Counted from the first letter of the stretch, positions 27,730-37,768 are shown. The stretch: 40,907 nucleotides of DNA from Candidatus Kuenenia sp. (GCA_043737515.1 JAYTAK010000387.1:1-40907); one strand, 5' to 3'. Numbers and translations: made by a program. Notes: generated from the sequence alone by a model not told the origin.

Positions 27730-29361
27730 ATGAGTATCGTGGGTAGCGAAATTGTCGGGAATACCGAGTTCCTGAAATACCTGGGTTTCCTGAAGGAACG
27801 TTCTTTGCAAGGTCCGTCACAACTCATACAACCGCTGATCTCGACGGACGCCATGTCAACCCTGACAAATATCGTCCCCGGAGTGAGCGTGGTGGATGGC
27901 GTTGAAACGTCTGAGCGCTTGCCCTCCAGAGCCGATTCGGTTTCACGTTATCGTCAGGTTGTGTTGACATCACTGCCGCTGGTTGCTGCCGACGTGCTGG
28001 CGATTGCTGCGTCGTATTTGGTCGCAACGCTCGTTACGTACGGCCTTTTTGGATTCCGCTACTATTCGGGGATCTGGAATAATCTGTTGGCGTTGGGTTT
28101 GTGCTATCTGATTGTGGGTACATTCCTTGGATTGTTTCCGGCATCCGGCATGAATCCGGTTCGCGAACTCCGCAGTCAGGTCACTTCAATTTGTGTTGCG
28201 TTTTTGCTTCTGATTGGTTTGAACGGTCTGGTTGGTCAGGTGACCACCAATGAAATCCTGACGATCATCATGGCATTTCCGATGACTGTGGCGGTTGCTC
28301 CGCCCGCCCGTTTCTGTACTCGCAAAATCGCATCGAACTTCCGCTGGTGGGGAGAAAAGGTCGTCATTATCGGCGTCAGTCAACAGGGACGATCGATCTA
28401 TCAGTTTCTGGCGCACCTTCCGCAACGAGGTTTGAAACCACTGGGGTTTGTCGATGACAATCCCTCCGCCTACTGGAAGCTCGATAAGGATCTGCAGCTT
28501 GAGTTTCTGGGAACGACCGATGAACTTGTCAGCATTTGCCGGGCTCGGGAGTGTCATTGGGCGATCGCCGCCGTCGCTGGGATGGACGAGGAAGAAGTCA
28601 GCCATATCCTGGCCCGCGGAAGCCTGATACCAAATCTGATCGTGGTCAATTCGAAGTTGTCAATGCCGACCATGTGGGTTGAATCTTTTGATGCGGCGGG
28701 CCTCGCAGGGCTCCACATTCGCGACCGAATGCTGTTTCCGTTCCAGCGCATCCTGAAACGATTGTCAGACTGTCTGCTGGCAACTCTGCTCCTTGTAATG
28801 AGCAGCCCGTTGCTGTTGTTCATTGCCTTGTGGATCAAAGTGACTGCTCCGGGACCCGTCTTCTATCGCCATCATGGACGCATCGGTCGTTCGGGCAGGA
28901 CGTTTGGAGCGTGGAAGATCCGCACAATGGTCACTAACGCTGATGAGATCCTGAAGGAGTACCTGGCTTCCAATCCGGCGGCGCAGGAAGAATGGAACCG
29001 GGATCTCAAATTGAAGTATGATCCACGCATCATTCCGGGAATCGGTCGATTTTTGCGTCGCACCAGTCTGGACGAATTGCCACAGCTCTTGAATGTGTGC
29101 AAGGGCGACATGAGTCTTGTTGGTCCTCGACCCATTTACACGGCCCAGGAAGTTGCGAAATTCAAGGAACTCTATCCGATGTACTTGCGCGTCCGACCGG
29201 GATTGACGGGATTGTGGCAGGTCTCGGGGCGGAACAATACCAGTTATGAAGACCGGGTGCGTCTGGATACGTATTACGTCCGCAATTGGTCGCTGTGGCT
29301 GGATTATTTCATCCTGCTGAGGACCGTACGCACGCTATTCCTTCGGGAAGGGGCATATTGA
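27730..29361 (+). CDS. Polyprenyl-phosphate sugar-phosphate transferase, WbaP/large-PGT type (module B initiator)
   Basis: 543-aa ORF, ATG start. Same architecture as 14255-15871: KVVIIGVSQQGRSIYQFL and RTSLDELPQLLNVCKGDMSLVGPRP…GLTGLWQVSGRN. Confidence 0.85.
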   Translation: MSIVGSEIVGNTEFLKYLGFLKERSLQGPSQLIQPLISTDAMSTLTNIVPGVSVVDGVETSERLPSRADSVSRYRQVVLTSLPLVAADVLAIAASYLVATLVTYGLFGFRYYSGIWNNLLALGLCYLIVGTFLGLFPASGMNPVRELRSQVTSICVAFLLLIGLNGLVGQVTTNEILTIIMAFPMTVAVAPPARFCTRKIASNFRWWGEKVVIIGVSQQGRSIYQFLAHLPQRGLKPLGFVDDNPSAYWKLDKDLQLEFLGTTDELVSICRARECHWAIAAVAGMDEEEVSHILARGSLIPNLIVVNSKLSMPTMWVESFDAAGLAGLHIRDRMLFPFQRILKRLSDCLLATLLLVMSSPLLLFIALWIKVTAPGPVFYRHHGRIGRSGRTFGAWKIRTMVTNADEILKEYLASNPAAQEEWNRDLKLKYDPRIIPGIGRFLRRTSLDELPQLLNVCKGDMSLVGPRPIYTAQEVAKFKELYPMYLRVRPGLTGLWQVSGRNNTSYEDRVRLDTYYVRNWSLWLDYFILLRTVRTLFLREGAY

Positions 29362-29414
29362 AATGAACTTCAACTCATGCGACGTGGGCGAGTAGCCTCT
29401 TGTCAAATATCGTA

Positions 29415-30608
29415 ATGACTCTTGCCGTTCCGGACAAAACAGGCGCATCAAGGATGGTCTGCCAGTTTTCTGGTGCGCTTGTTCGGGCGGGGCATACTGT
29501 CCTTGTGGTGCATGGACCGGAGCCAGGGGTTCAGGATCGATCGATTGTGTCGCAGTTGCATGCGGCGGGAGCCAGGACGGAACTGGTGGCCGGGCTTGCG
29601 TTTCCACTGAATCCTATGCTGCCCGGAAAGGTTGGCCGGCTGGGAGCAATGTTCAATGCTCACTGCATCATTGGAGTGAATCAGCGAGATCGTGCGGTTG
29701 CGCTTTCCGCTGCCCGGCAGATCTCTGTCCCTGGCATCGTTTGTGCGCAGAACCAACATACTTTTTGGGGTCCATGGCCTGTTCCGTTTCTTAAAGAATC
29801 TTTCTACGCGCAGTCAATGCGCCGAAACGCAGATTTGATTGTGTGCGCGTCTGCACCGGTGCAGGACGAGTTCGTGAAGCGGTTTGGGGTCAACCCGGAG
29901 CGGACCTGCTGTCTTTCCAACGGAATCGATGTTTTCGGTTTTCCGCGATTCTCGGACGCTGAGCTGCGCGAAACTCGTCGGCTCATGGGATTCAGTGACG
30001 ACGACTTGATGTTGATCAATGTCGGACGAACAGACCAGCAGAAGGGGCTCGATATTCTGGTGGAGGCTCTGCGTCACCTGGACAGTTCAAACTCCACACG
30101 GCTGATCCAGATTGGCGATGTTACGGACGGTGCTGCTCAGGGGCGAGGGTTAGTCCATCGCCAGAAACTGAATCAAATGATCCAGACCTACGCGCTTGAA
30201 GAACGTATCTCGTTCGTCGGATGGCGTGATGATGTGCCGCGTTTGCTGCAGGCCGCTGATATCTATGTTCACTCAGCTCGCTGGGAAGGGTCACCGCTTT
30301 CTGTGATCGAGGCCATGGCTGCCGGAATCGCAGTGGTTACGCCTGACAACACGTCTCGGCCGCAGGGATTCGAAGACGGCACTCATGGAATCGTGGTCGC
30401 TCCGGAATGTCCGCAACAACTCGCCGTCGGGCTCAACAAAATGCTGCAGATGACGAAGAGTCAACGCTCCAGAATGGGACGCGCTGCTCGATCACTTGCT
30501 GAGAATCGTTATGATATCAGTGTGATTTCGCAAAAGTTCGTCACGTTGATCGAAGGCATGATCGCTCGGACCGGAAGGACAATCGCCGCCGGAAAAGAAA
30601 CCGCTTGA
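29415..30608 (+). CDS. GT4-family glycosyltransferase
   Basis: ORF from TTG 29400; first ATG at 29415 (MTLAVPDKTGASRMV…). Glycos_transf_1 pattern LINVGRTDQQKGLDILVEAL…IYVHSARWEGSPLSVIEAMAAGIAVV. Paralog of 32978-34171. Confidence 0.75.
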   Translation: MTLAVPDKTGASRMVCQFSGALVRAGHTVLVVHGPEPGVQDRSIVSQLHAAGARTELVAGLAFPLNPMLPGKVGRLGAMFNAHCIIGVNQRDRAVALSAARQISVPGIVCAQNQHTFWGPWPVPFLKESFYAQSMRRNADLIVCASAPVQDEFVKRFGVNPERTCCLSNGIDVFGFPRFSDAELRETRRLMGFSDDDLMLINVGRTDQQKGLDILVEALRHLDSSNSTRLIQIGDVTDGAAQGRGLVHRQKLNQMIQTYALEERISFVGWRDDVPRLLQAADIYVHSARWEGSPLSVIEAMAAGIAVVTPDNTSRPQGFEDGTHGIVVAPECPQQLAVGLNKMLQMTKSQRSRMGRAARSLAENRYDISVISQKFVTLIEGMIARTGRTIAAGKETA

Positions 30609-30657
30609 GGCGTCGAATTGCCGAATTTGCTCATCATGTGTGTACCATAACTTCAGC

Positions 30658-32208
30658 ATGCGCTATATCGTTCGTCGCGACGAATCGCCTGGCGAGTTTG
30701 TCCACTGGGAACTGGAATCGGTGGTCCCAATCGTCCAACAAAGTCAACCTGCTCTCATGTATCCATCTTCGGCAAGTCTTCAGCAAAGTCTAAATGTCAT
30801 TGCGGACTCGGCAGCTCCCCGGCAGCCCGACATTCAATATGTCGTGCGAGACTCTGCTTCCGAAGGCCGGGTTCTTCCGATCTTGTTTCTGCTGCTGCTT
30901 TCCATTCCGTTTGAGTGGCTTCGTGTTTCGTGGATTGGCCATCGAAGCGTGTTGACGATTCCGCTGCTGCTGGTCGTCCTTGATATTGCAAAGTCTCCCG
31001 AATCCGGACTGCGGCGTTTGCAGAAGTTTCTGCTCCTCGCCCCATGGATTCACGGATTATATATTGCCTATTTGAGCAGCCTGACCTGTGCAGCGCTCTG
31101 GGGACCCAATTTCAACATTGGGATCGTGGAGTTAGGGCGCGCCTGGTCGCAGTTTGGTTTTTACGTGATCGTTGGCACCTACCTGACGGAACAGCCTGCC
31201 GCAGCAATCGCCAGAACGCTGCTGACGGCGATTCCGCTGGCGATTGCCGGATTCGTGGCCTACTGCTTTTATGTGTTTCGGGCTCAGGGAGACAATTTGA
31301 TGTCTCAATTGGCCGCAGCAGCCTATTCCGGCAGTTCAAATGCCGTTGCCAACCGCGTTCTGAAGAACGTCGTGAATTTTCAGTTCACAAATAACAGCGC
31401 GGCGGAAAAGCTTGAAATCGCGGGCAGTGTGCGGAACGGGATCGCCGCAGCGATGCTTATTCTTCTGATCATGTCGTGGATCTATGCCGCAGCAATTGCT
31501 CGCCTGCGACGATCCGTTTGGTATTCTCTGGCTCTCGGCTTCATTACACTTGGTGTACCAATTCTGCTTGTCATCCTGATGAGCCGCAGCAGCTTGATTT
31601 CTTTGGCATTGGCCGCCGTGATCTGTGTTGTGATGCATCAGGTTTCATACCGCGGCAAGGCGAGCAACAGTACGGCAACGGCGGCCTTGTTGTTCCTCCT
31701 GGTTGGAGGGGGGATCGGCATGTTTGTGCTTGTGCTACCGGAAGAAAATGGAATCGTCTCTCTGAACGTCCAGCGCATGAATGAAATTTCCAAGGACGTG
31801 CGGATTGAACACTATCGCGGGGTTTATCAGGCGATTCAGAAACGTCCGCTGTTGGGGTATGGGCTTGGTGCAGAAACGCCTGACGGGCTGGCTGTCCACA
31901 ACTTGTTTCTTGGCGGTTGGTTTCGCGCAGGAGTGATGGGCCTGTTGTTCAGCGTCCTCTTTTATATCGCGCTGCTGGTCCGGTGGGTCAACGGGTGCCT
32001 GTGGCTGATGACATTTTCAGGATCGACAAAAAATCTGCCAAGCCTGGTCCTGCTGCCAGCCCTCATGGTCGAACCACTCAGCCGTGCTCCATTGATCGGC
32101 GGGCAGGATGGAAGATATATCCGCGTGGAATGGCTGGCGATCGCTTGCTTTCTGACAATCTTTGAATCGATTCGCAGCCGACAATTCCTGATTGCGGATG
32201 ATGGTTAG
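30658..32208 (+). CDS. Wzy / O-antigen-ligase family membrane protein no. 3
   Basis: ORF from GTG 30640; first ATG at 30658. Polytopic, with MSRSSLISLALAAVICVVM and loop …RIEHYRGVYQAIQKRPLLGYGLGAETP. The start codon is uncertain. Confidence 0.65.
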   Translation: MRYIVRRDESPGEFVHWELESVVPIVQQSQPALMYPSSASLQQSLNVIADSAAPRQPDIQYVVRDSASEGRVLPILFLLLLSIPFEWLRVSWIGHRSVLTIPLLLVVLDIAKSPESGLRRLQKFLLLAPWIHGLYIAYLSSLTCAALWGPNFNIGIVELGRAWSQFGFYVIVGTYLTEQPAAAIARTLLTAIPLAIAGFVAYCFYVFRAQGDNLMSQLAAAAYSGSSNAVANRVLKNVVNFQFTNNSAAEKLEIAGSVRNGIAAAMLILLIMSWIYAAAIARLRRSVWYSLALGFITLGVPILLVILMSRSSLISLALAAVICVVMHQVSYRGKASNSTATAALLFLLVGGGIGMFVLVLPEENGIVSLNVQRMNEISKDVRIEHYRGVYQAIQKRPLLGYGLGAETPDGLAVHNLFLGGWFRAGVMGLLFSVLFYIALLVRWVNGCLWLMTFSGSTKNLPSLVLLPALMVEPLSRAPLIGGQDGRYIRVEWLAIACFLTIFESIRSRQFLIADDG

Positions 32209-32243
32209 TCACGTTGCCGTTCTTATCCTCCTGGCAAAACACC

Positions 32244-32897
32244 ATGTTGTTCAACGAATCAAAATGGATCGGTGATACTCTCTCATCCATGGATCCACTG
32301 GAGCTATCCCCGCTGGTGAATCTGGGCAGCTCCACAGAAACATTTCGTACTAAGATTCAACCACATATTGATCAGAATATTCTGGCACCCTTGCGTTCCC
32401 GCAACGTCCAGTTGATCCATTCCGACTTATCAGGCGGAGAAGGGATCGATATCAGCGGCAGCATTTATGACGCCGATGTGATGCGACGCCTGCTGGAACG
32501 CCGGCCATGCTCCGTGCTGTGCTCCAACATGTTCGAACATGTGACGGATCGCCCGGCGCTGGCCGATTCACTGACCAGAATGTTGCCTTCGGGTGGGATC
32601 CTGATCGTCACTGTGCCACACAGTTTCCCGTATCACCCTGATCCCATTGACAGCTACTTTCGGCCGAGTCCGGACGAGATTCACGCGCTGCTGCCTCAGT
32701 TTGACCTGGTCCGCGGAGAGATCGTCGAATGCGGGACGCTGCTTGACAGGTATCGCGGCAGCCGGAGCTTCATGGTATCGCAGATTGTCGGCTCCATCGT
32801 GCCATATCCTCCTGGTAAATGGCTTCGCAGTCTGCATCACTGGTGCTGGTTGTTTCGAACATATAAAGTTGCGTGCGTCGTGCTTCGCAAGCGGTAG
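32244..32897 (+). CDS. SAM-dependent methyltransferase (Methyltransf_11/23-like)
   Basis: ORF from TTG 32214; first ATG at 32244. VLCSNMFEHVTDRPALADSLTRMLPSGGILIVTVP. The N-terminal SAM motif is atypical, so confidence is moderate. Confidence 0.55.
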   Translation: MLFNESKWIGDTLSSMDPLELSPLVNLGSSTETFRTKIQPHIDQNILAPLRSRNVQLIHSDLSGGEGIDISGSIYDADVMRRLLERRPCSVLCSNMFEHVTDRPALADSLTRMLPSGGILIVTVPHSFPYHPDPIDSYFRPSPDEIHALLPQFDLVRGEIVECGTLLDRYRGSRSFMVSQIVGSIVPYPPGKWLRSLHHWCWLFRTYKVACVVLRKR

Positions 32898-32977
32898 CGA
32901 CGACAAGTTGCAGCGGGTCTGAACTGTTTCGGGAAAATGTTCTTTTTCTTGTTCCTTCATCATCGAGTCTGTTTTTC

Positions 32978-34171
32978 ATGCGTCGCGTTCTGCTCTTGTT
33001 TGCCGTCCCTGATGGAGCCGGAGCCATGCGCATGATGTTTCATTTCGCGCTGGCGTTTAAGCGGAACGGATATGATGTTTGTCTCGCACATGGTGATTCA
33101 ACCGCCCAGTCACCTGAGATTTCCGTGGTGGCCCGGGACATGCTGAATCAACTGGCCTCGTCAGGAATAAAGTGCATTCCCTGTGCTGGCTTCAGAATGC
33201 GCTCGTCCCGATTGCTGACGAATCAACTCAAGGCGATTGTGGCTGAACAGAACTCACAGGTTCTGATCGGATTCCATCCCCTGGACTTCAAGTACGCATT
33301 GTCAATCGCGGGCAAGACGAAACGAGCCTGCGTCCTGTCACTGCAAAACCGTCAGGTCTTCTGGGGGTCGCCCTTTGCTCGGTGGATCAAGGCACAGATC
33401 TTTCGCTACCTGCTGCGGCGTTACGCGACACGCGTTGTCTGTACATCGGAAGCCGTGCGGGATCATTTGATTTTGGAATATGGGGCCAATCCGGCACGAT
33501 GCCGGGTAATCCCCAATGGAATTCCGATTCCAGACAAAGGGCCTGATCACGGTGCAGTGTCCAGACTTCGACAATCTCTCAGCCTGAGCGATGATGACTT
33601 CCTGCTGGTCAATACCGGTCGGATTGATATTCAGAAGGGGCAGGATCTGCTGCTGGCAGCTCTGGAATCCGTCAACGCGGCGAATTGGTCTCTGGTGCTC
33701 ATTGGCGATGTTTCAGAAGGACGCAGCACGCCCGAGCAAAAACAATTTCAGGACAAATTGAAGTCGTTGATCTCAAGGAACAACTGGGAATCTCGTGTTC
33801 ACTTTGTGGGCTGGCGTGACGATGTCGATGTGTTCCTCGCCGCAGCCGACATTTACATCCATACCGCACGATGGGAGGGTCCATCCGCTCCGCTGGCAGT
33901 GATGGAAGCGATGGCGGCGAAATTGCCTGTCATCATGACCGATTGCTGCGGTCGCCCGGATGGGTTTGTCGATGGAGTGCATGGCTACGTAGCCCGGTCA
34001 GAAAATGAACACTCAATCTCACAGGCGGTCGTTCAGATGCTGGCCCGCAGTTCCGCTGAACGCAGGGAAATGGGAGTACGCTGCCGGGAAATGGTTGAAG
34101 CAAATTATGAAATCGGTCGCATCTCGACCAGGTTTGTGGAAGAAGTCGATTCCGTTCTGGCGTCGTCGTAA
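32978..34171 (+). CDS. GT4-family glycosyltransferase
   Basis: ORF 32873-34171. ATG 32978 gives MRRVLLLFAVPDGAGAMRMMFHF…, parallel to the N-terminus of 29415-30608. LVNTGRIDIQKGQDLLLAAL…IYIHTARWEGPSAPLAVMEAMAAKLPVI. Confidence 0.75.
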   Translation: MRRVLLLFAVPDGAGAMRMMFHFALAFKRNGYDVCLAHGDSTAQSPEISVVARDMLNQLASSGIKCIPCAGFRMRSSRLLTNQLKAIVAEQNSQVLIGFHPLDFKYALSIAGKTKRACVLSLQNRQVFWGSPFARWIKAQIFRYLLRRYATRVVCTSEAVRDHLILEYGANPARCRVIPNGIPIPDKGPDHGAVSRLRQSLSLSDDDFLLVNTGRIDIQKGQDLLLAALESVNAANWSLVLIGDVSEGRSTPEQKQFQDKLKSLISRNNWESRVHFVGWRDDVDVFLAAADIYIHTARWEGPSAPLAVMEAMAAKLPVIMTDCCGRPDGFVDGVHGYVARSENEHSISQAVVQMLARSSAERREMGVRCREMVEANYEIGRISTRFVEEVDSVLASS

Positions 34172-34225
34172 TCGAATGATCGTCGGCAGAATTCCGGATC
34201 CGAACAGAGTGAAAGCAGTACTGGC

Positions 34226-35122
34226 ATGAATCCCAACTTTCTGATCATTGGAGCGGCTCGCAGCGGAACCACCGCGCTGACTCATTTCTTCAAGCAGCAC
34301 CCGCAGATCTTCATGAGCGAACCCAAAGAGCCGCACTTCATGGCGTTCGCCGACAGGGAAGTCAACTTCAAAGGACCGGGTGATGAATCGCTGATGAATC
34401 GAATCACCGTGACGAAGCTGGAAGCCTACCAGCAACTCTTCGCAGCAGCACAGAACAAGGTGGCGATTGGCGAAGGATCGGTCTCGACTCTTTACTATCA
34501 CGATCAGTCGATCCCCAACATCAAACGCTATGCGCCGGATGCGAAATTGATCGTCATCTTCCGTGACCCGGTGGAACGCGCGTTTTCCAGTTTTATGTAT
34601 ATGACCTCGCGCGGCCTTGAACCGCTGAAGGAATTTGAAGCGGCACTTGACGATGAAGACCGAAGGATCGACGAGAACTGGCATCACATCTGGCATTATG
34701 TCCGCATGGGTCACTACGCGCCGCAGATTGCTGCGTTTCAGAAGGCGTTTGACAGGAGTCAGATCCGGTGCTATCTGCTCGAGGATCTGCAGGCGGATCC
34801 GCTGCCGTTGTTGAAAGACGTGTTTCAGTTTCTGGGCGTCGATGAGACGTTTCAGCCTGAAACAGAACGCGAAATCAACCGCTCGGGCAAACCGAAGAAT
34901 CGACTCGTTCAGACGGCCATGGGACTGCTTGGGCGAACGGTGGCTCTGAAACGAGCGATCAAGTCTATCATTCCCGCGCGGATTCGGGAGAAGATTAAAG
35001 CTGCCAACCTGGAACATCCGGAAATCACAAAGGCCGCGCGAGCCAGGCTGTCGCGTTTGTATCAGGACGACATCAGCGCGGTCGAGGACTTGCTGGGGAG
35101 AAAACTGAGTGCCTGGAAGTAA
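34226..35122 (+). CDS. PAPS-dependent sulfotransferase (module B), Sulfotransfer_3-like
   Basis: 298-aa ORF with NFLIIGAARSGTTALTHFFKQHPQIFMSEPKEPHF (5'-PSB loop) and KLIVIFRDPVERAFSSFMYM (3'-PB motif). It belongs to a different subfamily from 18752-19642. Confidence 0.8.
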   Translation: MNPNFLIIGAARSGTTALTHFFKQHPQIFMSEPKEPHFMAFADREVNFKGPGDESLMNRITVTKLEAYQQLFAAAQNKVAIGEGSVSTLYYHDQSIPNIKRYAPDAKLIVIFRDPVERAFSSFMYMTSRGLEPLKEFEAALDDEDRRIDENWHHIWHYVRMGHYAPQIAAFQKAFDRSQIRCYLLEDLQADPLPLLKDVFQFLGVDETFQPETEREINRSGKPKNRLVQTAMGLLGRTVALKRAIKSIIPARIREKIKAANLEHPEITKAARARLSRLYQDDISAVEDLLGRKLSAWK

Positions 35123-35188
35123 TCGTGCGTCCGTGCATGGCGGCGTCCGTCTGTCCGACATCCTCGCCGATGGAATCGAGCGTCCAGC

Positions 35189-36544
35189 GTGAATCGTGCT
35201 GCATCAAAACTTCAGTCGCGACTCCTTTCGGGCGGTGCTCTGACGATGCTCGCTCGCATCTATATGATGGGCTTGATTCTGCTCATCAATATGGTCGTGG
35301 CTAAAACCATGTCGCCTGCCGACTCTGGCACGTTCGTGCTTGGCATCAACATCGTGGTCTTTGTGTGCGTGCTTGCGATGGGCGGTCTTGAGCAAGTGTC
35401 GGTAAAACTTGTTGCCGGAGATGCAGGACGAACTTCACGAGTCGCTACGGCTCACCTCCTCCGTCAGTTGTCGGTGGTTTTTGCTGTCTGCCTTGCGGCG
35501 GCAGGCATCATTTCGCTGTTCGCACTTCTTGGTCCCGTCGGCAGATGGCTGGCATTTCCAGCAGAACTCACGGGCCTGGTGTTGTGTTGTGCTGCACTTT
35601 TGGCCGTGTTGAAAATGCTTTCGGCGTACCTTAGAAGCTTTCACGCAGTCGGTTCCGCATCACTCTTCGACGGCAGGACCGGCGGCGTTGTCAACAATTC
35701 GCTCCTGCTGATTGTCATGCTGATCATCCCCGCAGCGAGAACTCAGAATGCTGTCCTGTTTACGGTCCTGGCTGTGAGTCTGGCATTGAGTGTCCCTCTG
35801 GCACTGATTCAGCTTCGAAAGGTCTGGAAAGGACTGGTCTTTCAGGATGATGGTGCCCCGTCGATGACGCCCATCAAGCAGTTTCCCTACGCAATGATCT
35901 TCGCGTCAGGTGCCCCATTACTGTTAACACAGATTGCTGCGCAGACGGACATTGACGTGTTTTTGTGCGGCGTCTGGTTGTCGAAAGAAGACGTGGCTCT
36001 TTACGGAAATGCGAAACGGCTGATCATTCAGACGATTGTGCCGGGGCAGATCCTGAATTTGATGATCAGTTCCTCGATTGCTGAACTTTATGGGAAAGGA
36101 CAGAAATCGGAACTGGAGCGATTGCTTCGTTCAACAGCAACATTCGCAGCGTTGATCTCCTTTCCCTTGCAGGGGTTGCTGGTGTTCTTCCGTGGCCCGA
36201 TTCTGGCGATGTTGTTCGACGATTTCTATGTTCAGGCTGGATCAGTCCTGATGATCATGGCCATTGGTGAAGTGATCAATGCCGCATCTGGCAGTTGCGG
36301 ACTGACTTTAGCGCTCGCTGGAAAGAGCCGGGCGCTTTTGATTGCCAACATTCTCTGTGCAGTCATCCAGTTAGTCGTTGGCACCTGGGCCGTCAGGAAT
36401 CATGGCATTGTTGGGCTTGCGATCGTCACGGCGGCAATCCGATCAATTCTGTTCATTTCTTTGTGGCTGCTTGCCAGAATCTATGCCGGAGTCTGGACTC
36501 ACCCGACATTGTCGCCACTGAAGGCTTTCAGATCTCTCAGTTAA
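35189..36544 (+). CDS. wzx: Wzx-type (MOP superfamily) polysaccharide flippase, module B
   Basis: 451-aa polytopic ORF with a GTG start. Polysacc_synt-like N-terminus (…LLSGGALTMLARIYMMGLILLINMVVAKTMSPADSGTF…). Confidence 0.7.
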   Translation: MNRAASKLQSRLLSGGALTMLARIYMMGLILLINMVVAKTMSPADSGTFVLGINIVVFVCVLAMGGLEQVSVKLVAGDAGRTSRVATAHLLRQLSVVFAVCLAAAGIISLFALLGPVGRWLAFPAELTGLVLCCAALLAVLKMLSAYLRSFHAVGSASLFDGRTGGVVNNSLLLIVMLIIPAARTQNAVLFTVLAVSLALSVPLALIQLRKVWKGLVFQDDGAPSMTPIKQFPYAMIFASGAPLLLTQIAAQTDIDVFLCGVWLSKEDVALYGNAKRLIIQTIVPGQILNLMISSSIAELYGKGQKSELERLLRSTATFAALISFPLQGLLVFFRGPILAMLFDDFYVQAGSVLMIMAIGEVINAASGSCGLTLALAGKSRALLIANILCAVIQLVVGTWAVRNHGIVGLAIVTAAIRSILFISLWLLARIYAGVWTHPTLSPLKAFRSLS

Positions 36545-36613
36545 AACAATCCAGTTTCAAACGGTCGAAATGCCTCGACCACATCATGACTGCAACTTAT
36601 TGACGGTTTCAAA

Positions 36614-37768
36614 ATGTTTCGACTTCTTCATGTCAGTGAATTCATCAAAGGCGGCGTCTCGACCTATCTGAACGCGCTCCTGCGTGAACAGTTGAAGGAT
36701 TCACGTTTCAGCGAGATTCGGATCATTGCCAACCAGCAGCATCGAGAATTCCTTCCGGATGTTCCCGATGAAAATCTGGTGCTTTACGATCACGCTCCGC
36801 GATCACTGGCTGGACTGAATCAACTACGCAAAATCGTTCGCAACACAGTGCGGGACTATCGCCCGACGCTGGTGCAGCTCACCAGTACATTTCCCGGCGT
36901 CATTGGTCGAGCAAACATGTGGAACCGGCGATGGCTGTCCGCAGGAAAACCGCCCGCAGTCGTCTATTGTGCGCAGGGATGGTCGTTTCTTATGGACACC
37001 GGTGCGGTCAAACGCTTTGCCTACCGCAGTATAGAACGACTGCTGTCACGCCAGACGGATCGCATCATTTGCATTTCGAATCACGAACTGGAAGCCGCTG
37101 TGCAAGCCGGTATTTCCCGTGACCGATGTGACCTGGTCTATAACGCTTTGCCCAGCACGGCTCCCGCACCGGAATCGGTCAGGATTCCTGATGCCGTCGC
37201 AGCGGCCAGAAGTCGGGGCGACCGAGTGTTTCTGTTTGTTGGACGTTATGACAAACAGAAAGGGCTCGACCTGCTGCGACCGGTGTTTGATGGAGTGGCT
37301 GACCGTGGCGACATTCTCGTGATGGCTGGCGGAAAAGCCGTTGATGCCGAACCTGTCCAAATGGGTTCGCGGATGTTTGATACCGGTTGGGCAAGTCCGG
37401 GACAGGTCGTTTCCCTGCTTGATCTTTGCGACGCGATGCTGGTTCCGTCACGCTGGGAAGGGTTTGGGCTGGTGGCTGCCGAGGCAATGCGCGCTGGCAA
37501 GGCGGTCATTTGCAGCAATCGGGGAGGACTTCCCGAAGTTGTTGAACATCAGGTTACCGGCGTCGTTCTGGACTCACTTTCGGCTGACAGTATCTCGCAG
37601 GTCCTGAGCAAGCTGACACTTGCCGACCTTGGTGCCCTTGGTGCGGCAGGCGAGAAACGGTTCCACCGTCTTTTCACGTCAGACCGCATGCACGACTTGA
37701 CAATGAGTGTCTACCATCGGGCACTTGACGGAATAGACGTGTCGATCACCAGAGAATCTGTCGGCTGA
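36614..37768 (+). CDS. GT4-family glycosyltransferase
   Basis: 384-aa ORF with MFRLLHVSEFIKGGVSTYL…, VFLFVGRYDKQKGLDLL and MLVPSRWEGFGLVAAEAMRAGKAVICSNRGGLPEVV (the E-x7-E region). Confidence 0.8.
   Translation: MFRLLHVSEFIKGGVSTYLNALLREQLKDSRFSEIRIIANQQHREFLPDVPDENLVLYDHAPRSLAGLNQLRKIVRNTVRDYRPTLVQLTSTFPGVIGRANMWNRRWLSAGKPPAVVYCAQGWSFLMDTGAVKRFAYRSIERLLSRQTDRIICISNHELEAAVQAGISRDRCDLVYNALPSTAPAPESVRIPDAVAAARSRGDRVFLFVGRYDKQKGLDLLRPVFDGVADRGDILVMAGGKAVDAEPVQMGSRMFDTGWASPGQVVSLLDLCDAMLVPSRWEGFGLVAAEAMRAGKAVICSNRGGLPEVVEHQVTGVVLDSLSADSISQVLSKLTLADLGALGAAGEKRFHRLFTSDRMHDLTMSVYHRALDGIDVSITRESVG

Noticed and set aside
34019-35161. 380-aa ORF on the minus strand
   Set aside because: It is fully antisense to the sulfotransferase, which carries clear PSB/PB motifs. 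Its product is Arg/low-complexity rich with no recognisable motif, so it is a shadow ORF.
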